The translations under genes were made by a program, and so were the position numbers. The notes beneath the pieces were generated by a model. The model had not been told where the DNA came from. It was given only the letters and a program-made list of their open reading frames with translations, and searched no databases. Positions 52,363 through 63,001 of a stretch of DNA of 64,000 nucleotides are shown here, piece after piece. The stretch's first letter is position 1; the number at the start of each line of letters is the position of its first letter. The stretch is from an uncultured Rivularia sp. (GTDB taxonomy: Bacteria > Cyanobacteriota > Cyanobacteriia > Cyanobacteriales > Nostocaceae). The stretch lies in the NCBI GenBank assembly GCA_963665115.1, contig OY762007.1:4832001-4896000 (forward strand), written 5' to 3'.

Positions 52363-52836
52363 TTAGGTACTAGTAGGTGATGTCGTTGTATCCGTTGTAT
52401 TTTGTATTGATTCCTTTGAGAACAATTTTTGAGAAATCCAGTAGGTGAAAATGTGAGAAAGTAAACCTAAAGGACCTGCAAATAAGCAAAGTGCAAGGGA
52501 ATGAAAAGTCCAAACACTTGTTTTAACACCAGCTAAATATATATAGCGTCCTACAAATAAATCCATCACTAAGAAGTGAATCCATCCAGTTGCAGCAGCA
52601 GTTTCATCACCAAAAAATCGAGCAATATCTGCTAATTGAGGATTTGATAAAGCCTCTGCATTCTCTGGTGTAACGCTGCTAATAAATAAATATAAATATA
52701 GTCCAGCTAAAGGTATAAATGGGATGTACGATTCCATTACTCGTTGTGTAACTTTCCACTTTGGCAGAAAAATCATCAACGCCCAAAAAGGCAAAACAAA
52801 AAGATTCGCAATATTAAATAGTTCGCTGACAGACAT
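52363..52836 (-). CDS. ABA4-like (DUF4281) membrane protein
   Basis: LPFWALMI and GWIHFLVMDLFVGR motifs; GP.GLL. Confidence 0.88.
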   Translation of the reverse strand: MSVSELFNIANLFVLPFWALMIFLPKWKVTQRVMESYIPFIPLAGLYLYLFISSVTPENAEALSNPQLADIARFFGDETAAATGWIHFLVMDLFVGRYIYLAGVKTSVWTFHSLALCLFAGPLGLLSHIFTYWISQKLFSKESIQNTTDTTTSPTST

Positions 52837-53055
52837 AAGATAACTCCACGTTAAGCACCGATCGTAATTAGTATAAATCTATCGCGTACATTTAATTATT
52901 TTCTATCATATTATTGTGGATAAAAAATACTTATTATACTGATTCCGAAAGCAGTTAAAATATTTAATTGCAGCAAAAAATAATTGTAATAGAATACTTT
53001 CTATAATAATATATTTATTACCTCTAACCTTTGACCTAAAACAGGATGGCATCTC

Positions 53056-53784
53056 TTGGCAACTATTAAATGCAAAGATAAAACTTTTTCTAATATACAA
53101 GCAATTTTATTTGATAAAAACGGTACCTTAGAAGACTCAGAGGTGAATTTACGTTACTTTGCTCAAAAAGCAGCCAGAATTATAGATGCACAAATACCGG
53201 GTATCGGCGAACCTTTATTAATGGCATTTGGTGTTAATGGCGATACTTTAGATGCTGCGGGATTAATCGCGGTAGCAAGTCGTCGGGAAACAGAAATCGC
53301 GGCAGCAGCTTATATTGCCGAAACGGGAAGAGGTTGGATTGAGTCTTTGAAAATAGCCAGTAAAAGTTTAGATGAAGCAGATAAATCTCTGAGTGATTCT
53401 TCTTCACCTTTATTTGCAGGTAGTTCAGAAATATTACAAAAGCTTTCGCAAGCAGGTTTAAAGCTGGGTATACTTTCAGCAGCGACAACCCAAGAAGTAA
53501 ATAGGTTTGTACAAGTTCATCAACTGGGTGAATATCTAAATTTAGAAATGGGAGTAGACGGTAATATTTTTAAACCAGATCCAGCTTTGTTTATCCAAGC
53601 TTGCGAAAAATTGGGAGTAGAGCCAAGCGCTACGTTGATGGTGGGAGATTCCGTTGCCGATATGCAAATGGCAGGCGATGCAAAAGCCGCTGGATGTGTT
53701 GGTATTACTTGGATTGGGAAGTCGGATAATGTTCGAGGTGCGGATGTTGTGATTAATAAATTAGATGAAATTCAAGTTTGTTAA
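53056..53784 (+). CDS. HAD family hydrolase
   Basis: FDKNGTL, KPDP and MVGDS..D motifs. Confidence 0.9.
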   Translation: MATIKCKDKTFSNIQAILFDKNGTLEDSEVNLRYFAQKAARIIDAQIPGIGEPLLMAFGVNGDTLDAAGLIAVASRRETEIAAAAYIAETGRGWIESLKIASKSLDEADKSLSDSSSPLFAGSSEILQKLSQAGLKLGILSAATTQEVNRFVQVHQLGEYLNLEMGVDGNIFKPDPALFIQACEKLGVEPSATLMVGDSVADMQMAGDAKAAGCVGITWIGKSDNVRGADVVINKLDEIQVC

Positions 53785-54066
53785 TCAACAAATAATGTAG
53801 AGACGTTGCATTGCAACGTCTTCGTAAATTGTGATTTTTATCGAGAATTCCTCAAAACGAAGACTGCAACCCAAGTGTAAATTGCCAATCCGTTTCTAAT
53901 TGAGGTCCATCTAAGTCGCGCAAAATGGGTAATTCAAATTCCATCGCTTTAAATTTCGCGGGTTGTAGAGACGCGATATATTGCGTCTCTACAGTATTTT
54001 GAGGATAAAGAAACCCGGTATCTTCAAGATACCGGGTTTCTGAATTCAACTATTATTTGTAATTTC

Positions 54067-54588
54067 CTAAGGTTGCACAACTACTGTTGTTCCGACTGAT
54101 GCCCAATTAAATATTTTTTTTGCATGATTGGGCGCTACATTTACACAACCATGACTAACAGGGGTACCAAAATTGTTATGCCAGTATGCACCATGAATTC
54201 CATAACCGCCCTGATAATACATTGTGTGAGGAACATTTTTGACATCGTAATCTTCCCCTTTCATCCGAGTTTTGACCAACTTTGTATAAATATTAAATAC
54301 GCCAGTGGGGGTAGGAGTAGATTTTTTACCAGTGGAAACAATAACCCCAAAAACAGGTTTATTCCCTTGCCAAGTAATTAATCTTTGTTCAGATAAATCT
54401 ACTTGAATCCAACGTTTATTGGAATTTTTAAGTTGCTTAACTTTCTGACTGACTTTGTGCTGAGACTTTTGAGTGTGATGCGCTGTAGCCTTATTCGTAG
54501 GCAGACTTCCAAAACTAGCTGATAGCGCTATTGCCGCTACAAGAACTTTTATATAGCGAATATACTGAGGCAAAATTAACAATTTCAT
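54067..54588 (-). CDS. L,D-transpeptidase (YkuD family)
   Basis: [12 protein letters not shown] and IHG…SHGCVN motifs; signal peptide. Confidence 0.92.
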   Translation of the reverse strand: MKLLILPQYIRYIKVLVAAIALSASFGSLPTNKATAHHTQKSQHKVSQKVKQLKNSNKRWIQVDLSEQRLITWQGNKPVFGVIVSTGKKSTPTPTGVFNIYTKLVKTRMKGEDYDVKNVPHTMYYQGGYGIHGAYWHNNFGTPVSHGCVNVAPNHAKKIFNWASVGTTVVVQP

Positions 54589-54689
54589 AGTAAATATTCT
54601 CAAATGTAAGTGTTTATTGTTTATTCTCTTTTATAGCTGTATTTAACAATTGATTTCTGTCACTAGCTATTAATATCTCTATTTCTATC

Positions 54690-55343
54690 TTAATTCATAT
54701 TTTCAAGTAGCATTTCTGCTCGTCGAGTTATTAAGTCCCATTCTCCAGACATAACTAGATGTTTTGGAAACAACTCGCTGCTCAACCCTATGGCGATCGC
54801 ACCTACTTTGAGAAATTCAGCAGCGTTTTCTATAGTTACACCTCCAGTTGGAATTAAGGGAATTTGTCCCAATGGAGCCTGCAAACTTTTGATGTATTGA
54901 GCGCCACCAACTACCTGTATGGGAAATACTTTGACGCAGCTTGCACCATTCTTCCAAGCTGTAACAATTTCAGTTGGAGTTAGCGCTCCGGGTATAACTG
55001 GTACGTTTTGATTAACAGCCGCTTGAATTATTGCTAAGTCAGTATGGGGAGTAAAAAGGAATTGCGCTCCTGCAAGTACAGCCTGTTGCATTTGTTCTAT
55101 ATTTAACAGCGTACCCGTACCGATAATGCAGTCAGGTAATTCTACACGTAGTTGTTCAATTAACTTGCCAGCTTCGGGAGTATTCCAAGTTATTTCTATC
55201 AAATGCATTCCAGCAGATGCCACTGCTAAAGCCATTTTTCGGGCTAAGTGTTTTTCTTGGGCACGAATAACAGCAATAACACGATGTTTTTCTAAAAGTG
55301 TTAACCAAGCAGAATTAGGAATTGATAATTGGGCATTGGGCAT
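54690..55343 (-). CDS. eda: KDPG/KHG aldolase
   Basis: IEIT, GTGT, PGALTPTE, VKVFP and PTGGV motifs. Confidence 0.92.
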   Translation of the reverse strand: MPNAQLSIPNSAWLTLLEKHRVIAVIRAQEKHLARKMALAVASAGMHLIEITWNTPEAGKLIEQLRVELPDCIIGTGTLLNIEQMQQAVLAGAQFLFTPHTDLAIIQAAVNQNVPVIPGALTPTEIVTAWKNGASCVKVFPIQVVGGAQYIKSLQAPLGQIPLIPTGGVTIENAAEFLKVGAIAIGLSSELFPKHLVMSGEWDLITRRAEMLLENMN

Positions 55344-55651
55344 TGGGAGTTGGGTATTTGGTATTAATAATCAGAAATTGCAAAACTTTGATTTCAAGTC
55401 TTGTTTTATGATATTTAAGCTGTATAAAATCAATTCACCTTACAATCTAAGTTGAATTATTTATTTTTCCATAGAATAATAATCACTTATTTATTAATGC
55501 AAGTTTTCTTCTATCTTCTACTGTAAAGAAGAAATAAACTCAAAATTTCATCTTTTTTTTGATTAATTATGTATATATGTATAGCTAATGTGCTAAAAGC
55601 TAAGTAAATAAACGCAATTGTAACAATTTAGTCATTGAGCCTTTAGTTAAC

Positions 55652-56743
55652 ATGATTCACAAACAATTTTTTCACAAAAGCTTTATAGCTTCGGTTGCAG
55701 CAGCGACAGTTATTGTCTGTGGAAGCCAATTAGATCGCACTTTTGCTCAAACCGCACCTCGATCGACTACAGCATCTTCACAATCAAAACCTGCTTTTAC
55801 TTTGCAGGGACATATATGGACTATCCAAGCTTTAGATTTTAGTCCAGATGGGCAAACTTTAGTCAGCGGTAGTTACGACCACACCGTGAAAGTCTGGAAC
55901 CTGAATAATGGTAAACTCATTCGCACCCTTGATGGACATAAAGATGGGGTAAACGACGTGGCGATCGCTCCCGACGGAAAACTGTTTTTCACTGCTGGTG
56001 GAACGGCAGAACCCAATACCAGTAAGGTAATTAAGGTATGGGATATGAAAACAAAAAAATTACTTCGCACCTTCAAAGGACATACTTTAGGAGTGACTTC
56101 CCTAGCAATAACCCCAGATGGTAAAACTCTTGTTAGCGGTAGCTACGACAAAACAATTAGATTATGGGATGTAGATAAAGGTATAAGAAAACGTACTTTA
56201 ACCGGACATACCAGCCCCGTGCGTTCAATTGCAATTAGCCCAGACGGAAAAACTCTCGCTAGCGGTGGTGGCTCGCTTAAAAGTGATTCCGACAAAACAG
56301 TTAAATTATGGAACCTGCAAACAGGAGAATTAATTAGCAATATTAAGGGAAACGAAAACGTTATTAGCTTTATCGGCTTTACTCCCGACGGAAAATATCT
56401 TGTCAACTCCACAGATCCAAAAATCAACGTTTGGAATTTAAGTACAGGTAAACTAGTGAATCGTTTTGGAGTATCCGACATCGAAGGAGTGACTTCTGCA
56501 ACTTTAGGAAACGATAGTAAAAGTATCGTCACAACCACATTAGATGGTGCCGTAACAATGTGGGATTTAACCACCGGAAAAGCGATCAAAATTTTAGTTG
56601 AAGCCGCCAACAATCCTCAAAACTACGACCAACTTTATCCCACAAGTACCGCATTCAGCCCCGACGGTAAAACCATTGCCATTGGTGAGGGAGGTGGAGC
56701 TTACAATTCAAAATTTTCGATTAGCATTCGACGAATGCCTTAA
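55652..56743 (+). CDS. Exported WD40-repeat protein
   Basis: Signal peptide and about 7 GH…SPDG…WD repeats. Confidence 0.93.
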   Translation: MIHKQFFHKSFIASVAAATVIVCGSQLDRTFAQTAPRSTTASSQSKPAFTLQGHIWTIQALDFSPDGQTLVSGSYDHTVKVWNLNNGKLIRTLDGHKDGVNDVAIAPDGKLFFTAGGTAEPNTSKVIKVWDMKTKKLLRTFKGHTLGVTSLAITPDGKTLVSGSYDKTIRLWDVDKGIRKRTLTGHTSPVRSIAISPDGKTLASGGGSLKSDSDKTVKLWNLQTGELISNIKGNENVISFIGFTPDGKYLVNSTDPKINVWNLSTGKLVNRFGVSDIEGVTSATLGNDSKSIVTTTLDGAVTMWDLTTGKAIKILVEAANNPQNYDQLYPTSTAFSPDGKTIAIGEGGGAYNSKFSISIRRMP

Positions 56744-56910
56744 ACAGTTAACAGTGAGCAGTGAACAGTTAGGGGATGAGGGAGAGGGGGAGAGGGGGTA
56801 GAGGGGGTAGAGGGGGCTGGTAACTGTTCGCTAATTTCTGCCCATATATGAACAAGTCTACCGGAATGTCCATATAATGATTGGTAGTAATAAAGGTAGT
56901 TACTATAGAC

Positions 56911-57546
56911 ATGAACCAAGAAGACATGACAGTCAGTATTGGAGAAGCGGCTGATAAGTTGGGAGTTTCGGTGAAGACAGTTAGGAGATGGTCTGACGCT
57001 GGTAGACTTAGATGTGAACGAACTCCAAGTGGTCATCGTAGGTATTACACCTCAGACATTATCCGGATGACCACCAAGCCTGCCAAAGAAGAGCGTAAAA
57101 CGCTGGTGTATGGCAGAGTTTCGAGTCATGACCAAAAAGATGATTTAGTGAGACAAACAGAAGTACTTTCCCAGTTTTGTGTAGCCAAAGGCTGGGAGTA
57201 CGAGGTGATTATTGATTTGGGTAGTGGTTTGAATTATAAGAAGAAGGGACTTAAGAAACTCCTTAAACTCATACTGACTAACCAAGTAGAGCGAATTGTA
57301 CTCACGCACAAAGACCGATTGCTTAGATTTGGTTCTGAATTGGTTTTTGCGATGTGCGAAGAATTTCAAACAGAAGTCGTAATCATAAATAAAACCAAAG
57401 AAGACAGCACTTTTGAAGCCGAACTAGTTCGGGACATGATCGAACTCGTAACTGTGTTCTCAGCTAGGTTGTATGGTTCTCGCAGCAGGAAGAACCAGAA
57501 GATAGTAGACAATATGGTCACATCTGTACAAAAAGATTTAGAATAA
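56911..57546 (+). CDS. tnpA: IS607 family transposase (MerR-like HTH plus serine recombinase)
   Basis: IGEAA..LGVS.KT.RRW, RTPSGHRRY, YGRVSS, GSGLN, HKDRLLRFG and FSARLYG motifs. Confidence 0.95.
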   Translation: MNQEDMTVSIGEAADKLGVSVKTVRRWSDAGRLRCERTPSGHRRYYTSDIIRMTTKPAKEERKTLVYGRVSSHDQKDDLVRQTEVLSQFCVAKGWEYEVIIDLGSGLNYKKKGLKKLLKLILTNQVERIVLTHKDRLLRFGSELVFAMCEEFQTEVVIINKTKEDSTFEAELVRDMIELVTVFSARLYGSRSRKNQKIVDNMVTSVQKDLE

Positions 57547-57560
57547 ATCCACTTTATGTG

Positions 57561-57589
57561 TTGACAATTGATAGGCATGGGCATATTTT
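57561..57589 (+). promoter_or_regulatory. Candidate sigma70-type promoter for tnpB
   Basis: TTGACA-17 bp-TATTTT in the 75-bp gap between tnpA and tnpB. Confidence 0.5.
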
Positions 57590-57621
57590 AAATATAAGGT
57601 CGAACAAAACAGGAATTTCAA

Positions 57622-59142
57622 ATGGGTACAAAAACATTCACGACGGAGTTACCAAAACCTTTAGTTGGTTTCGCCGTCAGATATTCCAAAAAACAAAAAG
57701 AGAATCGTAATAAAGCTTTGGACTTAGTTAGTAGTGATATAGCCAAAACCAAACAAAACCAAGAGCTACAAAAACTTGGTTACAATAAAAGACAGGCGAA
57801 TTCCCTACTAATTGATATTGAAGGTAAAATCGGTTCTGCGTCCGAATGCCGTGAAGCTCATGTCGAGACTCTTGAAGGTAAAATAAAATCTGCTGTAGAA
57901 CAAATAAAAGAGTGGGAGGATAAGCTAGCCAAAATTGAATTGCCTGCTTGCCGAGTTCGCCGTAATCAGTTTAAATCTAGACAACACGAACTGAGATTTA
58001 AAATTCACCACAAACGCCGTTATGTAATAGCTCAACGAAGAAAGGTAGATAAGCTTAAAGAGCAGCCCGTTCACGTAAACCTTGGGACTGAATTTAACTT
58101 TTCGTTAGTTGGTAGCCAAGGTGAATCCAAAGGTAATCAGATATGCCAATATGACCATATAAAGAAGTCTTTAAAGATTCGCGTACCAGTAGAATTTGAA
58201 GCTGAGTTTGGTAAATATGTTTCTGCTAATCTAGAGTTCGCCTACGGACAAGATTGTATAGAAGCGGCTTTAATGCGCCGTTCGGAAAATAGTAAAACTT
58301 TAGAAGTAATTCCCGAAGGTAAAGGAGAAGCGCTTTCTTGGCGAATTTTCTTTAAGAACAATCGCTGGTACATTGCGGTTTCTGTCGAAGTTACAGAAGT
58401 TCCTTTATATTCCAAGCCAGTTAGATACGGCTGTATTGGTGTTGACTTGAATCCCGGTGTTATAGGTTGGTGCTATGCTGACCTTAATGGGAACCCTGTA
58501 GCCAAAGGTCAGATTAAGTTAAACTTACATTCTCGCCGTTCCGGACAAGTTAAAGCAGAACTCTCAGACGCTATTAAGAGTTTAATCCGACTAGCCGAAT
58601 TGTACTGTTGCCCAATAGTTATCGAAAAACTTTCTTTCTCAGCTAAAAAGAAGCGAATGCGAGAAGAAGGTCGTCGATACTCTAGAATGCTTAACTTCTT
58701 TGCTTACTCTGCCTTCGGCGAAGTTATACAATCTCAGGCGAAAAATAAAGGTATCCAAATAATTAAAGTTAATTCTGCTTACTCTTCATTAATCGGATTA
58801 ACCAAGTTTATGTCCTTGTACGGTATGAGTTCTGATACCGCAGCAGGACTAGTATTAGCTCGTAGAGCTATGAGACTTAGTGAGTCTGTACCTACCCATG
58901 TCGCTCTCCCTTCTGTGATGGATGGAACGAGACACGTATGGAGTTCATGGTACAGAATTAATAAGTCGCTCAAGTCGGTACGCCGTCATGAGTACTATAA
59001 CCAACAGGTGTTAACAGCGCACCTCAGCCATTACTCTACAAGCGACAAGCTTGTTGAGGTGGGTAAATCCGATGTGATTCCGGTTGAGGAACCCAGTGAA
59101 AGTCTGGGCTGTAATCCCGAACTAGCCGTTAAGGTCGGGTAG
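57622..59142 (+). CDS. tnpB: TnpB-related RuvC nuclease, 506 aa, no zinc finger
   Basis: RuvC-I IGVDLN, RuvC-II IVIEKL, VNSAYSSLIG and RuvC-III SDTAAGLVLARR. Confidence 0.88.
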   Translation: MGTKTFTTELPKPLVGFAVRYSKKQKENRNKALDLVSSDIAKTKQNQELQKLGYNKRQANSLLIDIEGKIGSASECREAHVETLEGKIKSAVEQIKEWEDKLAKIELPACRVRRNQFKSRQHELRFKIHHKRRYVIAQRRKVDKLKEQPVHVNLGTEFNFSLVGSQGESKGNQICQYDHIKKSLKIRVPVEFEAEFGKYVSANLEFAYGQDCIEAALMRRSENSKTLEVIPEGKGEALSWRIFFKNNRWYIAVSVEVTEVPLYSKPVRYGCIGVDLNPGVIGWCYADLNGNPVAKGQIKLNLHSRRSGQVKAELSDAIKSLIRLAELYCCPIVIEKLSFSAKKKRMREEGRRYSRMLNFFAYSAFGEVIQSQAKNKGIQIIKVNSAYSSLIGLTKFMSLYGMSSDTAAGLVLARRAMRLSESVPTHVALPSVMDGTRHVWSSWYRINKSLKSVRRHEYYNQQVLTAHLSHYSTSDKLVEVGKSDVIPVEEPSESLGCNPELAVKVG

Positions 59143-59215
59143 ATGTCCAGATATGTTCATATTTGGGTATATTTGTACACTTTTTATGTAACGGTAGAAA
59201 AAATCAAAATCCTAA

Positions 59216-59303
59216 CAATTACCAATTACCAATTACCAATTACCAATTACCAATTACCAATTACCAATTCCCAATTACCAATTACCAATTACCAATTCCC
59301 AAT
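59216..59303. repeat. STRR heptamer CAATT(A/C)C, about 12 copies
   Basis: Directly visible. Confidence 0.92.
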
Positions 59304-60256
59304 CACTTCTCATACTTTTCGTATGCAGCAACAATACGCTGTACTAAAGCATGACGCACCACATCTTTTTGAGAAAATTCACAAAAGGCTATGCCTTCTA
59401 CGTTTTTTAAAATTTGAAAGGCTGTTACTAATCCCGATTTTTGCTGTGATGGTAAATCGGATTGCGTCATGTCACCTGTTACTACCATGCGGGAATGAAA
59501 ACCCAAACGAGTTAAAAGCATTTTCATCTGGGCTGGTGTGGTGTTTTGGGCTTCATCCACAATTACAAAGGCATTATTTAAAGTTCTTCCTCGCATATAA
59601 GCTAGTGGCGCAACTTCGATTATGCCTCTTTCGATTAACGACGGTACTTTATCTGGCTCGATAAATTCGTTGATTGCATCGTAAAGCGGGCGCAAATAAG
59701 GGTTAACTTTTTGCTGCAAATCTCCAGGTAAAAAGCCGAGTTTTTCACCTGCTTCGACGGCAGGACGAGTTAAAATTAGTTTCTCGTATTTATTATCAAG
59801 CAATGCTTGAACAGCGACAACAACTGCCAAAAACGTTTTACCAGTTCCCGCAGGACCAATACAAAATGTCAAGTCACGCTTGCGTAGTGCTTCAATATAC
59901 TGTCGCTGGCGAAATGTTTTTGCACGAATTTGTTCGCCGCGACGAGTTTTAGCAAGTACATCTTTTTGTAATGTTTGCAGTTCATCTTCTCGATGAGTAT
60001 CGAGGGCTTGACGTGCTGTCAATATATCCGTGACAGTTAATGTATTGCCCTTCGTCCAAACATCTTCCAATGACTTTACCAATCGACTAACCAAATCGAT
60101 TTGTTTTTCCGTACCGCTAACGTATAATTCTTGTCCGCGCAGTACAACAGTAGCTCCAGTTTGTCGCGCTAAAAGCTTAAGGTTTTCTTCTTGGTTTCCC
60201 GCTAATGCCATAGCACTTGGGATGTCGGGCAGTTCTATTGTTATGGCATCTGCCAT
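59303..60256 (-). CDS. phoH: PhoH family ATPase
   Basis: GPAGTGKT, RPAVEAGE.LGFLPG, YMRGRT and DEAQN motifs. Confidence 0.95.
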   Translation of the reverse strand: MADAITIELPDIPSAMALAGNQEENLKLLARQTGATVVLRGQELYVSGTEKQIDLVSRLVKSLEDVWTKGNTLTVTDILTARQALDTHREDELQTLQKDVLAKTRRGEQIRAKTFRQRQYIEALRKRDLTFCIGPAGTGKTFLAVVVAVQALLDNKYEKLILTRPAVEAGEKLGFLPGDLQQKVNPYLRPLYDAINEFIEPDKVPSLIERGIIEVAPLAYMRGRTLNNAFVIVDEAQNTTPAQMKMLLTRLGFHSRMVVTGDMTQSDLPSQQKSGLVTAFQILKNVEGIAFCEFSQKDVVRHALVQRIVAAYEKYEK

Positions 60257-60436
60257 AGTATTTATTATTGGTAAGCAGTGATTTTTACAAATTACTCCCT
60301 TTACGGGAGATGAATCTTATTTTCTGACCGATTGGTGAAAATAGCAATATTTCTTAATAATTCACGTTCTTTTCTATTTACTATCAGCCATAGGGCTGAT
60401 AGCGAATAAAACACGAAACAACTTTTATTGTTTCAT

Positions 60437-60874
60437 TCAAATGCGAGTTTGGGGCTTGGTGAAATCTCTACGTCCGTCACCACGTCTTACTTTAGGCTTG
60501 GGCATTGGTAATACTTTATGCCGTTCTTCACTATTAGATGCGGGTGCATCAATTCGATCGTTACTGCCGTAAATATCTAGATATGCCGATTGTTCGGCAG
60601 CTTGAGCGGCCAAAGAAATCACGGTGCGAATAGCTTGGATGTTGCGTCCTCCACGACCAAAAACTTTGCCTTTATCTGCACTGTCAAAGGCAATGCGAAT
60701 CCAAACTCGTTTAGTACTACGAGAAATTTCACAATCAACGCTTAGAGAGTCTGGAGATTCCAAAAACGGCTGCATCAAAAAATTGACTAGACCAACATAA
60801 TCTGGAGTCGTACCGGAATTGGTATCTGTTACTGTATCAGGATGCAGTTGCTGCACGGACTTGTTCAAAAACAT
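60437..60874 (-). CDS. khpA: KH-domain RNA-binding protein (KhpA-like)
   Basis: [17 protein letters not shown]; located downstream of rpsP. Confidence 0.85.
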   Translation of the reverse strand: MFLNKSVQQLHPDTVTDTNSGTTPDYVGLVNFLMQPFLESPDSLSVDCEISRSTKRVWIRIAFDSADKGKVFGRGGRNIQAIRTVISLAAQAAEQSAYLDIYGSNDRIDAPASNSEERHKVLPMPKPKVRRGDGRRDFTKPQTRI

Positions 60875-61097
60875 TATTTTTTTCTAAAATGCGACGCACG
60901 GTGTCAGTTGGTTGAGCGCCCTGTTGTAGTCGCTTGACAATACCATCAACGTCTAATTTTACTTCTTTAGTTCTAGGATTATAAAATCCCAATTCTTCGA
61001 GGGGACGACCGTCACGACGAGCAAGATTATTCATGGCGACTATACGGTAACTTGCTTCTCGTTTTTTACCAATTCGCTTAAGGCGCAGTTTAATCAT
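60837..61097 (-). CDS. rpsP: 30S ribosomal protein S16
   Basis: [20 protein letters not shown] and GAQPTDTV motifs. Confidence 0.98.
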   Translation of the reverse strand: MIKLRLKRIGKKREASYRIVAMNNLARRDGRPLEELGFYNPRTKEVKLDVDGIVKRLQQGAQPTDTVRRILEKNNVFEQVRAATAS

Positions 61098-61284
61098 GAT
61101 TAAGAGGTTATTCTCCTACTTCGTAAGGTATTAATTTACAACTAAAGTTCGTAACAAATCCATTTAACATTATGAAAGCATTTCCACCAAAAGGGTAATC
61201 TTTCTCCCCGTGGAAGATAAAAAATTCCCACAAGTAGCAGATGCTAATTTTAGCACTTGCACGGCATGAAGTGCTATTGAATCT

Positions 61285-61346
61285 AAAGGTCAAAGGTCAA
61301 AGGTCAGAGGTTAAAGGTTAAAGGTCAAAGGTTAAAGGTCAAAGGT
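61285..61346. repeat. STRR heptamer AAAGGT(C/T), about 9 copies
   Basis: Directly visible. Confidence 0.88.
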
Positions 61347-61372
61347 AACTGCTCACTGTTAACTGGTAACTG

Positions 61373-62806
61373 TCAAAGCGTACCAAAACCTTTTTTCTTC
61401 TTAGCTTTTTTCGGCTTCTTTTTACTGCCAGCATTTCCAGCAGCCATTGGATTTCCGCCGCCACCAAACATTCCGCCTCCTCCTGGCATCCCTGGGAAGT
61501 TACCTTGTCCCATTTGCTGCATCATGCTTCGCATTTTCTGGAAGTCGCTCACCAGTTTGCTGACATCTTTTTCTCTATACTTAGGTTCACCGCATCCCTT
61601 TGCAATCCGTCGCCTTCTACTGGGAGAACTCGCTAATAAATCCGGATTTTTGCGTTCTTCCGGAGTCATGGAATTAATCATCGTCTCGGAGCGTTTAAGC
61701 TGAGATTGCCCTTGCTCTAGTTGTTCGTTGGAAATTTTGTTCATCCCTGGAATCATCTTCATGATGCCTCCGAGGGAACCCATATTTTTCAACAGACGCA
61801 GTTGTTTGAGAAAATCGGTAAAATCAAACTGTGCCGACAGCATTTTCTCTGTCATTTTTTCGGCATCGCCGATGTCAAATTCTTCCTGGGCTTTTTCTAC
61901 CAGAGTTAAGACATCTCCCATCCCCAAAATCCGTGATGCCATTCTATCGGGATAAAAGGGCTGTAGGGCTTCGACTTTTTCACCTACACCAACAAACTTA
62001 ATTGGCGCACCGGAAATTCTCCGCACCGACAACGCCGCACCACCACGGCTATCACCATCTAACTTAGTTAAAATTGCACCGCTAATACCAATTTTATCGT
62101 GGAAAGTACGGGTCAAGTTTGCTGCTTCTTGACCAGTCATTGCATCCACTACCAGCAGCGTTTCGTGGGGCTGCACGGCTTGTTTAACATTGGCTAATTC
62201 CGCCATCATGTTTTCGTCAATTTGCAGACGACCGGCGGTATCAATAATTACGGTATCGATTCCTTCCGCCTTTGCACGTTCCACACCTTGACGGGCAATC
62301 TCAACTGGGTTTGCGTCGCTTCCCAGTTCAAATACCGGCACGTCAATTTGTTTACCTAAAGTTATTAATTGGTCGATCGCAGCAGGACGATAAACGTCTG
62401 TCGCCACCATCAAACAATTGCGTTCTAATTTTCTGAGGTGTAATGCTAACTTAGCCGTAGCGGTAGTTTTACCAGTACCTTGCAAACCAGCCATTAAAAC
62501 AATAGTTGGTGATTCTTCGGCTTGCACGAGGGGGACATTAGTTTCCCCCATCACATTTACTAATTCATCATGAACAATTTTGATAAACTGCTCGCCAGGA
62601 CGTACTCCATTCAATACCTCAGCACCTTGTGCTTTGGTTTCAACTTCGCTAATAAATTCTTTAATTACTTGGAGGTTGACATCCGCTTCCAACAAGGAGC
62701 GACGTACTTCCCGCAAAGCTTCCTGAATATTGGATTGGGAAATTTTACCTTGTCCCCGGAGCTTTTTCCAGGTAGATTCTAAACGGTCGGCTAGTGCGTC
62801 AAACAT
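61373..62806 (-). CDS. ffh: Signal recognition particle protein
   Basis: GLQGTGKTT, DTAGR, TKLDGD.RGG and a Met-rich M domain. Confidence 0.98.
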   Translation of the reverse strand: MFDALADRLESTWKKLRGQGKISQSNIQEALREVRRSLLEADVNLQVIKEFISEVETKAQGAEVLNGVRPGEQFIKIVHDELVNVMGETNVPLVQAEESPTIVLMAGLQGTGKTTATAKLALHLRKLERNCLMVATDVYRPAAIDQLITLGKQIDVPVFELGSDANPVEIARQGVERAKAEGIDTVIIDTAGRLQIDENMMAELANVKQAVQPHETLLVVDAMTGQEAANLTRTFHDKIGISGAILTKLDGDSRGGAALSVRRISGAPIKFVGVGEKVEALQPFYPDRMASRILGMGDVLTLVEKAQEEFDIGDAEKMTEKMLSAQFDFTDFLKQLRLLKNMGSLGGIMKMIPGMNKISNEQLEQGQSQLKRSETMINSMTPEERKNPDLLASSPSRRRRIAKGCGEPKYREKDVSKLVSDFQKMRSMMQQMGQGNFPGMPGGGGMFGGGGNPMAAGNAGSKKKPKKAKKKKGFGTL

Positions 62807-63001
62807 AATTCAGTTACTATTACTCAGCCAGCAAAGTATTTAAGCGTTATCTACCAGCTTAATAGTTTTTAACTGGTAAAAGCTAGCGGTAGGCAGCCAT
62901 TACTACTTGTATGGTGAGGGACTTACGCAAAGCTCCCCTTTTCTAAGGGGAGCCACTGCATTATATTTGATAACTATTTAAAGCCCTATCAAGTTCAAAC
63001 C

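Larger units (their letters stand above)
56819..59194 (+). mobile_element. IS607-family insertion sequence (tnpA + tnpB-like)
   Basis: Serine recombinase plus RuvC gene; GG at both proposed ends (CTGG|TAACTG and TAACGG|TAG); subterminal 13/14 inverted match at 56841-56854 and 59154-59167; ~10-bp periodic short repeats. Confidence 0.85.

Noticed and set aside
56821..56910. Group I intron (IStron) inside the IS607 element
   Set aside because: Only about 90 bp lie between the left end and tnpA, too short for an intron core, and the element is intergenic.
59143..59664. 173-aa ORF downstream of tnpB with PITNYQL repeats
   Set aside because: It is a read-through of the IS end and a heptamer STRR, and runs antisense into phoH.
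61100..63000. SRP RNA (ffs) or other structured RNA near ffh
   Set aside because: No SRP domain IV motif was recognised in the flanking intergenic regions, only short repeat hairpins.
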